A DNA stretch of 34,499 nt from Nitrososphaerota archaeon. Its GTDB lineage: Archaea > Thermoproteota > EX4484-205 > JAAOZO01. Position 1 is the stretch's first letter. Each line of letters opens with the position of its first letter. Shown piece by piece: positions 7,449 to 15,597 of this stretch. A model generated the notes under the pieces. It did not search any database. It was given only the letters and a program-made list of their open reading frames with translations, and was not told the DNA's origin. The stretch is from the NCBI GenBank assembly GCA_011605715.1, contig JAAOZO010000213.1, positions 1 to 34,499 on the forward strand. Direction: 5' to 3'. The translations under genes were made by a program, and so were the position numbers.

Positions 7449-8606
7449 ATGTCAAAAGTTATGCTTGTACACCACTCTGAAATTGCTTTAAAGGGTATGA
7501 ACAGAAGCAGATTTGAATCTTTTCTTGTTAAGAACTTAAAAGACAAGCTAAGGGACTTTAGCTTAGAAAAAATAAGCAGAGTACAAGCAAGAATAGTTAT
7601 TTATTTAAGAAATGACGAGCTAATTCCTAATGTTGTTAGTTCAATAAAGAAAGTGTTTGGCGTAAAGTGGTTTGCCATTGCAGAAGAATGTGAAGAGGAC
7701 TTAAGCAAAATAAAGGATACAGCTTTTTCTTTATGCAGTAACTTACTGTCTGAAGATGTTAGCTTTAGAGTTGTTGCAAAAAGAGCTGACAAAAATTTTT
7801 CGCTGAATTCAATGCAACTTGAGGAAGAAGTTGGAGCTTTTCTTGTAAGTAAATATAAAGCAAAAGTTGATTTAAAGAATCCAATGCGGAAAGTTTACAT
7901 AGAAGTAACAAAAGGGAAAGCCTATGTTTACTTAGAAAAGATACAAGGTCCTGGAGGATTACCAGTTGGAGTTGCTGGAAAATTAATTTCTTTAATTTCT
8001 GGGGGGATTGACTCTCCTGTTGCCAGCTGGTTAGCAATGAAAAGAGGTGCTCAACTTATTTACCTGCATTTTCACCCATACGAAAGTTCAGAAGCTGTAA
8101 GAAATTCTAAGATAAGAGAACTAATTCTTCTTTTGTCTGAGTGGGGCTCAAGTAGAAAACTGTATTTAGCGTCTTCGTCTGAGTTTTTACTAAGAAGTGT
8201 TTCGCTTTCAATTCCAGAGTACAACATTCATTTATTTAAGAAATTGATGTTTAGAGTTGCAGAAGAGATTGCGAAAAAGGAGAATGCAAAGGGTATAGTA
8301 ACTGGGGATTCCTTAAGCCAAAAAGCTTCTCAAACACTGGAAGCTATGCGCGTAACAGATGTTGGTATAGGCTTGCCAATAATAAGGCCTTTGTTGGGCT
8401 ACGACAAGGATGAAACTGTAAGCCTAGCACAAAGGATTGGAACTTATGAGCTTTCAATAAAAGAATACAAAGACTGCTGTAGTTTAATGGCGAAGCACCC
8501 CATCACGAAGCCTAACCTTAGTACTTTTGAAAGGCTAGAAAAAGAAATAAATCTCGAAGAAATAGTGCGAGAAACCTTAAAAAATGTCGAAGTAATAGAG
8601 TTTTAG
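7449..8606 (+). CDS. thiI: tRNA 4-thiouridine synthase ThiI (THUMP plus PP-loop domains, no rhodanese domain)
   Basis: 385 aa. The N-terminal ferredoxin-like/THUMP region has the family's EIALKG start. It carries the PP-loop SGGIDSPVA, GDSLSQKASQT and the conserved KDCCSL cysteine region. Confidence 0.85.
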   Translation: MSKVMLVHHSEIALKGMNRSRFESFLVKNLKDKLRDFSLEKISRVQARIVIYLRNDELIPNVVSSIKKVFGVKWFAIAEECEEDLSKIKDTAFSLCSNLLSEDVSFRVVAKRADKNFSLNSMQLEEEVGAFLVSKYKAKVDLKNPMRKVYIEVTKGKAYVYLEKIQGPGGLPVGVAGKLISLISGGIDSPVASWLAMKRGAQLIYLHFHPYESSEAVRNSKIRELILLLSEWGSSRKLYLASSSEFLLRSVSLSIPEYNIHLFKKLMFRVAEEIAKKENAKGIVTGDSLSQKASQTLEAMRVTDVGIGLPIIRPLLGYDKDETVSLAQRIGTYELSIKEYKDCCSLMAKHPITKPNLSTFERLEKEINLEEIVRETLKNVEVIEF

Positions 8607-9775
8607 AGGTCTTTCTTTTTTACTAGTCTATACTTATACCAAATTCCCTTAACTTCTCTGTCGTAAAACCCTAGTTTCTGTAAAGTTTTGTTGTACTTTT
8701 CTTCAATTTTTTCTATTCTCTTTTGACTAAACCTCTCCTTAAACAAAGGATTGCTTGCATATCTTCTTATTGCTTCCATTAGTATCATGTTGACAAGTTC
8801 ATCAAAATCAATGCCTGCTCCTTTTGCCATTGTTGGCAAATCTCCGTAGTTCGGATGCATTCCTGGAAGTGGGTTCATTTCCAAAAAGTAAAACTTTCCA
8901 TCTTTTAATCTAACGTCCATCCTGTTAAAGTCTCTTACTCTTAGCGCATCATGCGAAATTGCCGCTTGAGTTGCTAAGTAAACATATGTTTCGTCAAAAT
9001 TTAGTAGCGAGAGCGCTTGCTTGTCTTTTTCTTTTACTTTTATAAAAGTATACTCTGGTTCCATGTCTTTTACTTCTTGGTCTCTTAAAGAAGGATGGCC
9101 TGGTATCTTAGATAAATCTATTTTCATTATTGGAACAATTAGTCTACCAACAAAACCAATAGTATACTCTGTTCCTTCGATGTACTCTTCTATAAGTGCA
9201 GGCTGATTATAAACAGTTATTACTTCCTTAACTCTTTCATTAAGTTCTTCTTCGTTGTTTACCTTAGATGACTGCTTTAGTGCTATGCTAGAGCCTTCAC
9301 AACTAGCTTTAACTACAAGTGGAAACTTTAGTTTCTTGTCTAGTTCGAATGGATATTCTCTTACAACTTGAAATGCTGCTGTTCCAACTCCATAAGCAGA
9401 GACTATTTCTTTCGTAGCAGCTTTATCTAAAGCATTAATCAAAGCTTGTGGACTTGATCCAGAGTATGGAATGTTTAGAAATTCAAGAAGCATCGGAACA
9501 AGTGCTTCTCTGTTTTCAGCTCCAAAGAGATCTTTTGAAATGTACTCTGCTATGTTGAAGGCGATATCAATCTTATCCTTGTTTTCTTCTAGCTTATGAA
9601 ACACGCTTCTATCTGCTTCTATGTGAATAACTTTGTTTCCTGTTTCTTCTAGTGCACTTGAAATTGCTTCGATTGTCTCAGGGTAATCCCATTCCGTATA
9701 TTTCTTTAGAAACTCTTCATCGTACTTTTTACTTCTAACGTTGTAAACAAACCCAATCGTTAGACTCTTTGTCAT
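8603..9775 (-). CDS. ATP-grasp ligase of the D-alanine--D-alanine ligase (Ddl) family, substrate unknown
   Basis: 390 aa. Motifs are NREALVPMLLEFLNIPYSGSS, DKAATKEI, FPLVVKASCEGSSIA, EEYIEGTEYTIGFVG and RMDVRL...FYFLEMNPLPGM, which correspond to the Ddl_N and ATP-grasp patterns. Its stop overlaps the thiI stop (TTTAG at 8602-8606). Confidence 0.75.
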   Translation of the reverse strand: MTKSLTIGFVYNVRSKKYDEEFLKKYTEWDYPETIEAISSALEETGNKVIHIEADRSVFHKLEENKDKIDIAFNIAEYISKDLFGAENREALVPMLLEFLNIPYSGSSPQALINALDKAATKEIVSAYGVGTAAFQVVREYPFELDKKLKFPLVVKASCEGSSIALKQSSKVNNEEELNERVKEVITVYNQPALIEEYIEGTEYTIGFVGRLIVPIMKIDLSKIPGHPSLRDQEVKDMEPEYTFIKVKEKDKQALSLLNFDETYVYLATQAAISHDALRVRDFNRMDVRLKDGKFYFLEMNPLPGMHPNYGDLPTMAKGAGIDFDELVNMILMEAIRRYASNPLFKERFSQKRIEKIEEKYNKTLQKLGFYDREVKGIWYKYRLVKKKDL

Positions 9776-9872
9776 TGCCTTTGTCTTTAGCCTAAATTTG
9801 TGGTAAATAACTTTTTCTGTAGTGCAAAAGAAAGCTTAAATATTTTGCTTGTAGTACATTAAAAATTAGGAG

Positions 9873-10547
9873 ATGAGAAGGATTTCAAAACTTTTTGTAA
9901 GTGGAGAGCAAGAGGTTACGAATAGTATAAGGAGGCATTTTACAATCGTAGAAAAATGTGTAGAGCTTCTCTACAGCATGATTGAAAAAATATCTGAAGG
10001 TGATCAAAGCTTCGTTAACCTTTTTTCAGATATAGACCTCTTAGAAACTCAGGCTGATGAAATTCATAAGTCAGCATCTGAAAAAATAGCTTCAGGATCT
10101 TTCTTTGCGTACTTGTCTTCAGACTTTTTAAACTTGCTAGAAAGGAACGATGACATTGCTGATGCTACAAAAGATGCAGCTAAAGTGCTTGTAGAAAGTA
10201 ACCTAAGCAACGAGATTCTAACGTTTGTTTTTAAGAACCTAGAAGGAAAAGAGTATGTTGCTTCTCTACTAAAAACAGTAAAAACTCTAGGCAAACTCTA
10301 TGAGGTATTAGAGAGTGCAAAAAAGGAAGAGATAATAAAGTTTTCGCACAACGTAGAAAGGTATGAAGAAGATGCTGACTTAATTAAAGCGAGGGTTATG
10401 AAGGAACTATTTCTAAATTCAAAGAAGTTTAATGTTCTTGACGTTGTAGTTATGAAGGATTTTCTTAACGTAGCTGACAACATTGCTGACAATGCAGAGG
10501 ATGCTTCTGATATTGTTCTTAAAATAATAGCAAAAGGATTTAGTTAG
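9873..10547 (+). CDS. DUF47 / TIGR00153-type protein (distant PhoU-like partner of PiT transporters)
   Basis: 224 aa, all-helical, two-repeat layout. It has LETQADEIH...IADATKDAA in the first half and YEEDADLIK...IADNAEDASD in the second, as in DUF47. AGGAG lies 3 nt upstream of the ATG. Confidence 0.8.
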   Translation: MRRISKLFVSGEQEVTNSIRRHFTIVEKCVELLYSMIEKISEGDQSFVNLFSDIDLLETQADEIHKSASEKIASGSFFAYLSSDFLNLLERNDDIADATKDAAKVLVESNLSNEILTFVFKNLEGKEYVASLLKTVKTLGKLYEVLESAKKEEIIKFSHNVERYEEDADLIKARVMKELFLNSKKFNVLDVVVMKDFLNVADNIADNAEDASDIVLKIIAKGFS

Positions 10548-10558
10548 GTGTTTTAAAG

Positions 10559-11461
10559 TTGCTTTCCTTACTATTTGCATCTTTAATGCTCTTCGTCCTT
10601 GGATTTAATAATGGAGCTGCAATAAAATCAAGCTTGGTAAGTTCCGGAATTCAAAACCAAAAGAAAGCTTCATTACTCGTAGCTTCCGGCTTAATCTTAG
10701 GCTCCGTAATGGAAGGCTGGAAGATGGAAAGGATTCAGCTTGTATCTACTTCCGCTAGTCTTTACACGTTTCAAGTTGTCTTAGTAACCTTGTTGATAAT
10801 GTTCCTTCTAAGTTTATTTAATTCTCCAGCAAGCTTAGCCCAGATTTTCTTTTCCTCTACCTTAGGCATACTAATTGTAAAACATGCCTCAATAAACCTT
10901 AATTTATCTATTGAAGTTATTCTATCTTGGATCTTTACTCCACTCCTTTCTGTGCTACTAGCCTATCTTACGTATAAGTTGACTTTCTCATTCATTCAAA
11001 AGTTTTGCTTACTTGAAGTTACTCTATTAAGCAAGCTTATGGCTTTAGTTGCAGTTTTTTACTCATCTTATGTCTTGGGTGCAAACAACATAGGCTTAAT
11101 TTCAGCATTTTATGGAGGATGGCCTATCGTAGGCTTATTCTTTTCAGTTGTTGCGTCACTTGGAGTTTACTTTAGCAAGAAACTGACGAAGTCTCTGGGT
11201 GAAGATCTAATAGTTGTAAGTCCAGTTGGTGCTTCAGTGAGTACATTTTCAGCTTCTTTTTTAGTCTGGATTTTTACTCAGCTTGGGCTTCCAGTTTCTG
11301 TAACAACTTCAATAATGAGTTCAGTTATTGGCGTTGGTCTTGCTTCAAAGATAAGAGTCTTCAATCTCAGAACCCTATTCTCTGTAACAGTAGTAAGCTG
11401 GGGACTCTCTGCACTCCTCGGACTTATCTTTGGTAATCTAGCAGGAATCTACTTAGCTTGA
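10559..11461 (+). CDS. PiT (PHO4) family permease-like membrane protein, divergent
   Basis: 300 aa with a TTG start preceded by AGGTG at 8-nt spacing. It has about 8-9 hydrophobic segments. The two PiT half-signatures are recognisable as LGFNNGAAIKSS (10598-) and LGANNIGLISAF (11075-), plus GLPVSVTTSIMSSVIGVGLA (compare the glPvSTth..gsv.GvG pattern). It sits immediately downstream of DUF47, the classic pairing. Confidence 0.7.
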   Translation: MLSLLFASLMLFVLGFNNGAAIKSSLVSSGIQNQKKASLLVASGLILGSVMEGWKMERIQLVSTSASLYTFQVVLVTLLIMFLLSLFNSPASLAQIFFSSTLGILIVKHASINLNLSIEVILSWIFTPLLSVLLAYLTYKLTFSFIQKFCLLEVTLLSKLMALVAVFYSSYVLGANNIGLISAFYGGWPIVGLFFSVVASLGVYFSKKLTKSLGEDLIVVSPVGASVSTFSASFLVWIFTQLGLPVSVTTSIMSSVIGVGLASKIRVFNLRTLFSVTVVSWGLSALLGLIFGNLAGIYLA

Positions 11462-11977
11462 TACTGTTTCAGAGCTTTTCTCTACCGTTTCATAGCTCTC
11501 CTTGAACCCACTTTCAACGTACTGAATCCCTCCTCTTAGTATCTTAAAGGTTTTCTTCTTGCCCTCGCTAACTTCACCTTCTTTTACGAATCCCTTCCTT
11601 ATGAGTTCAGACATGTATTGTCTTGGGTTTGCAAGTCCACTTAGTCTTGCTTCCTGAGAATACTTTTCTACATCGTCGTAGGTGAAATCTCTTCCTCCTT
11701 CAAATTTAAACACGTAATAAGCTATTAGAAGTATTTTCTGAGAACCAGAAAGCTGATCAGGATCCTTTCCAAAAATTTTTGCTCTCTCGTTTATAAATTC
11801 GTTAAAATTTGGTTTTTCTTCTCGAACTGTCCCTGTTTCTTTTGATGTAGTTTCCTGGTATAATTTATTAAATAAGATTTCGGCATTTTTTTCTACGAAC
11901 TCTCTGTCCCCTTCAACTTCAAACTCTTTTTCCCCTATCTTGATTCTAACTCTATAACTACTCTTGTTTTCATCCAT
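11453..11977 (-). CDS. Hypothetical protein with a possible C-terminal winged-helix domain
   Basis: 174 aa with an ATG start and coding-like K/E-rich composition. I recognise no catalytic motif. The C-terminal half (LLIAYYVF...FTYDDVEKY...YMSELIRKGFVKE...KKTFKILRGGIQYVE) has a helix-turn-helix plus beta-wing appearance. Its 3' end overlaps the PiT-like gene by 9 nt. Confidence 0.5.
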   Translation of the reverse strand: MDENKSSYRVRIKIGEKEFEVEGDREFVEKNAEILFNKLYQETTSKETGTVREEKPNFNEFINERAKIFGKDPDQLSGSQKILLIAYYVFKFEGGRDFTYDDVEKYSQEARLSGLANPRQYMSELIRKGFVKEGEVSEGKKKTFKILRGGIQYVESGFKESYETVEKSSETVSS

Positions 11978-12093
11978 TTTTTATGCTGATTTCTTAGAAT
12001 AAACTAGATACTAATAAATTTTTAGTTTTCGTGTTTCGAAGAGCAGGTGCAAAAATATTTATTTGTCAATAAAATAAAGTTGTCCGAAGCGAT

Positions 12094-13194
12094 ATGAGTG
12101 ACTACAAGTTAGACGAAGAAAGAATAAACTTCTTAAAGCAACTTTCTGAAAGCTTTGGACCTTCAGGTTTTGAAAGGGAAGTCATTGGAATAGTAAAAGA
12201 CTATGCCTCTCGTTTTGCAGATGAAACAAAATCTGATAAGCTTGGTTCTACAGCATTTATTGTAAAGGGTTCGAGCGAAAAGCCAAGAGTTTTAGTTGCG
12301 GGACATGTTGATGAAGTTGGTTTCATAGTTACAAGTATAACCAAGGAGGGATTTCTAACGTTTAAGCCTCTGGGCGGCTGGTTCAGTCAGGTTTTACTTT
12401 CTCAAAGAGTTCTAATTAGAGCCAAAGACAAAAAAATACTTGGCGTCATAGCATCAAAGCCTCCTCACTTACTAAAAGAAGACGAAAGGAATAAGGTAAT
12501 CACAATAGATCAAATGTACATAGACGTTGGAGCCAGCAGTAAAGAGGAGGTTGAAAAAATGGGAATAAGAATAGGCGATCCTGTTGTTCCATGGTCTCCT
12601 TTTTATCTTGCAAACAACAATAAGATAGTTTTTGGCAAAGCGTTTGACGATAGGATAGGTGCGTTCTTAGCTGTAGAAGCTTTAAGGTATATCGTAGAAA
12701 ACAAGGTTGTTCATCCAAATACATACTATGCTACAGCAACTGTTCAGGAAGAAGTTGGTTTAAGAGGTGCGCAAACAACTTCCTTCTTAGTAGAGCCCGA
12801 CGTAGCTATAGTTACTGAAGTTGATATCGCTGGAGATGTTCCTGGAATTAATCCTGCCGAAGCTCCTACTGCAATAGGAAAAGGGCCTTCTATAGTGACG
12901 TTCGACGCTTCAATGATTCCCAACGAAAAACTAAAGGAGTTTGTAATCAACGTTGCAGAAGAAAAAAAGATTCCATATCAACTGTCAGTTGTTCCTGCAG
13001 GTGGAACTGATGGAGGAAGGTTCCATCTGTACAAAACTGGATGCCCAAGTGTAGTAATTGGAATACCGACTAGGCATATCCATTCACACGTTGGAATTTT
13101 AAGTTTGAACGACGTAGAAAATGCAGTAAATTTGATAGTAGAGCTTGTAAGAAGGTTTGATTCAAAAACCGTAGAATCTTTTACGACGATCTAG
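12094..13194 (+). CDS. M42 family metallo-aminopeptidase (TET / FrvX-type)
   Basis: 366 aa. Metal-ligand motifs are AGHVDEVGF, FDDRIGA, QEEVGLRGA and PTRHIHSH. Confidence 0.9.
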   Translation: MSDYKLDEERINFLKQLSESFGPSGFEREVIGIVKDYASRFADETKSDKLGSTAFIVKGSSEKPRVLVAGHVDEVGFIVTSITKEGFLTFKPLGGWFSQVLLSQRVLIRAKDKKILGVIASKPPHLLKEDERNKVITIDQMYIDVGASSKEEVEKMGIRIGDPVVPWSPFYLANNNKIVFGKAFDDRIGAFLAVEALRYIVENKVVHPNTYYATATVQEEVGLRGAQTTSFLVEPDVAIVTEVDIAGDVPGINPAEAPTAIGKGPSIVTFDASMIPNEKLKEFVINVAEEKKIPYQLSVVPAGGTDGGRFHLYKTGCPSVVIGIPTRHIHSHVGILSLNDVENAVNLIVELVRRFDSKTVESFTTI

Positions 13195-13209
13195 AAGTTT
13201 TCTTTCTAA

Positions 13210-13229
13210 TTTTTAGTAAATGCTTTTTT
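13210..13229 (+). terminator. Oligo-T tracts downstream of the M42 peptidase gene
   Basis: A T5 run (13210-13214) and a T6 run (13224-13229) lie within 35 nt of the TAG at 13192-13194. Archaeal termination typically uses oligo-T. Confidence 0.35.
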
Positions 13230-13236
13230 ATAACTC

Positions 13237-13743
13237 CTATTTTTTACTACCTTTTTCTGGTGGCATCACGTAAAGATATAGGTCATGCGTAGATCCATCG
13301 CTACACGTAAACTTTTCAAAGTAGTTTGGTTTCCACTCAGATACTTTGAATTCATGCGACACAACCCTTGCTCCAGGTTTTAACTCTCTTTCGAGTTTTG
13401 GTCTTATTCTCTCATTTACGCTTTCTAATAAGAACATCGTCACAACATCTGCTTTGCTTATGTTTACTTCAAAAAAGTTTCCATGGATTATGGAAACTCG
13501 GTCTTCCAACTCCAGCGCCCTTATCTTTTTCTTAATGTTTAGAACAAAGTCTTTTTTAATTTCTATTCCTATTGCTTTAGCATTAAATTCTATTGCAGCG
13601 ATTATAAGTATCCTTCCGTCTCCGGCTCCTAGATCAAAGACTGTATCACCAGGTTTAACCTTAGCTATTTGCAGCATTCTTCTTACAACTTCTTCCGAAG
13701 TTGGAACAAATGGAACATCCGGAACTGGTTCCAATCTTCTCAC
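13237..13743 (-). CDS. Small class I SAM-dependent methyltransferase resembling the crenarchaeal protein lysine methyltransferase aKMT
   Basis: 168 aa with a GTG start. It has SAM motif I VFDLGAGDGRILIIAA. N-terminal VPFVPTSEEVVRRMLQIAKV, together with GNFFEV...ADVVTMFLL...KPGARVVSHEF...DLYLYV, matches my recollection of Sulfolobus aKMT. The specific assignment rests on memory only. Confidence 0.75.
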   Translation of the reverse strand: MRRLEPVPDVPFVPTSEEVVRRMLQIAKVKPGDTVFDLGAGDGRILIIAAIEFNAKAIGIEIKKDFVLNIKKKIRALELEDRVSIIHGNFFEVNISKADVVTMFLLESVNERIRPKLERELKPGARVVSHEFKVSEWKPNYFEKFTCSDGSTHDLYLYVMPPEKGSKK

Positions 13744-13933
13744 CTTTATTTAAGTCGAATTACGTTGTTAGTTTAAAAACATTTTAAAAACTTTTCACTT
13801 CGTAGTATTTTTATTTTGAAGCGCAACCACCAACTATAAACACTCTAGAAGTAGATGTCTCTCAATTTTAGTTATGTAGAACACCAAACTTCTGGTTATT
13901 TAATCTATCCTTTATTTGATGACCTTTCGTAAA

Positions 13934-14908
13934 CTATTTAACTTGTAACCCGTATGTACTACTAAATATTGTTTCGTATGCATCCATAATTGCAATTGTT
14001 GCTTCTCCTACAGTTTTTGTTATTTGATCATAACCTCCAACTACGTCGCCAATGGCATATACCCCAGGAATGTTTGTTCTCATTTTCCTGTCCACTACTA
14101 TGTACCCATTTTTGTCAACTTCTATTCCTGCTTTCATTGCTAGCTCGCTTCTAGGCTTTAAACCAATTAGTACAAAGACTGCATTTGTTTTTTCTTCAAC
14201 AACTTCGCCTGTTTTGGTGTTTTTTATTATCACACCCTCAACGTAATTTTTTCCAACTATTCTTTCAACTAAAGAATTCCAATAAATTCTTACATTATCC
14301 TTTTGAAGTAGGATATCTGATGATTTCCATTCAGCTCTAAATCTATCTCTCCTATGAACTACAATAAGTTCAGAAGCTATTGAACTCAAATAAATTGCAC
14401 TAGTTACTGCAGTATTTCCTCCTCCGACCACTGTTATTCTTTTTCCCTTGTACAGAGGTCCGTCGCATGTAGCACAATGACTAACTCCTCTTCCGAAGAG
14501 TTCTTTTTCTCCAGGGACGTTAAGCTTTAAGTACTCAGCTCCAGTAGCTATTACTAAAACTTTTGTTTTAAACTCTTTTTCGCTTTCAGTTAGTACAACC
14601 TTCTCGCTTTCACTAAGCCTTATCTCCTTTACTCTTTCCGGAACTAAAATAGTTGCACCTGCGCTTAAAGCTTGCTTCAGCATCCTAGAAGCAAGTTCTT
14701 CACCAGAAATAGAAGTGAACCCTGGGTAGTTTTCAATTAACGGTGATACTGCGACTTGCCCTCCAGGATTTTCAGCTTCAAGAACCAACGTCTTTAGTCC
14801 ATACCTTGCAGCGTAAGTTGCAGCAGTTAATCCTGCAGGCCCTGCTCCTATTATTACGACATCCCATTCGTTTGGTAACTTTTCTTTCTTCAGGGCTAGA
14901 GAAATCAT
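13934..14908 (-). CDS. trxB: Thioredoxin-disulfide reductase
   Basis: FAD motif IIGAGPAGLTAA, redox-active CATCDG, NADPH motif VVGGGNTAV and C-terminal AIGDV are present. I used the ATG at 14908 (MISLAL...). The track starts 2 codons upstream at a TTG. Confidence 0.9.
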   Translation of the reverse strand: MISLALKKEKLPNEWDVVIIGAGPAGLTAATYAARYGLKTLVLEAENPGGQVAVSPLIENYPGFTSISGEELASRMLKQALSAGATILVPERVKEIRLSESEKVVLTESEKEFKTKVLVIATGAEYLKLNVPGEKELFGRGVSHCATCDGPLYKGKRITVVGGGNTAVTSAIYLSSIASELIVVHRRDRFRAEWKSSDILLQKDNVRIYWNSLVERIVGKNYVEGVIIKNTKTGEVVEEKTNAVFVLIGLKPRSELAMKAGIEVDKNGYIVVDRKMRTNIPGVYAIGDVVGGYDQITKTVGEATIAIMDAYETIFSSTYGLQVK

Positions 14909-15031
14909 GGGCAACCTTCACCCCCAGATCTTATTTAAACTTACCTAGCTTAAGTATTTTAAACTAATTTATTACCTTTATACATAAGAACAATAAAAGG
15001 CTCATTTACTAAAGGTATTTCAAGTAAAGAG

Positions 15032-15592
15032 ATGAGCGAAGCAAGTAAAATTAGAACGTTAGTCTTTATTTCTCTGTATGCTGCGCTTTATACTATCCTA
15101 TCTCTACTTACAGCTTGGATCCCAACAGGGCCTTACTTTATACAATTCAGACCAGGCATAGTTGTTCCAATGATAGCCGCGGTAATGCTTCAACCTTGGG
15201 CTGCAGGGCTAAGCGCTGCCATTGGAACATTTATTGCTAGCCTCTTAAGGTATGGTACTCCTATGCTGACTATATTTAGTGGAACACCAGGAAACTTCCT
15301 CGGATTTTACGTAATGAGCCTTTTGTATTACTACTTAAGGAAGAAAAAGATAAACTGGATAGTTTCTCTTGCAGTTTCTTCGGTTATTGGAATGATGATA
15401 GGCTCTATAGTGATTGCTCTTGGTTTATGGTTCTTAGCTAATACTTTCATGCCAAGTTTGGGTAACTTTACGAACATTGTTTTTTCGATCACTTCCTCCT
15501 TCATTTTAGTTCTCGCTCCATTGCCAATTTCTTTCATTATCTGTATTGCTGCCCTAAAGTTGCTAGAAAAAGCAAAATACCTTTCTCTTTGA
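15032..15592 (+). CDS. Small polytopic membrane protein, ECF-transporter S-component / QueT-like
   Basis: 186 aa with 5-6 hydrophobic helices. The N-terminus IRTLVFISLYAALYTILSLL...IQFRPGIVVPMIAAVML resembles substrate-capture (S) components and QueT-type precursor transporters. The substrate cannot be read from the sequence. Confidence 0.45.
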   Translation: MSEASKIRTLVFISLYAALYTILSLLTAWIPTGPYFIQFRPGIVVPMIAAVMLQPWAAGLSAAIGTFIASLLRYGTPMLTIFSGTPGNFLGFYVMSLLYYYLRKKKINWIVSLAVSSVIGMMIGSIVIALGLWFLANTFMPSLGNFTNIVFSITSSFILVLAPLPISFIICIAALKLLEKAKYLSL

Positions 15593-15597
15593 AGTTA

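Noticed and set aside
13346-13753. A 135-aa plus-strand ORF spanning almost the whole methyltransferase gene
   Set aside because: The minus-strand ORF carries a textbook SAM motif (VFDLGAGDG) and aKMT-like ends. The plus-strand product is an S/L/T/I-rich string without motifs, a typical antisense shadow.
13917-13922. TGATGA (C-box-like) in the trxB/methyltransferase intergenic region
   Set aside because: There is no downstream CTGA within sRNA range and no terminal stem. It is probably chance in AT-rich DNA.
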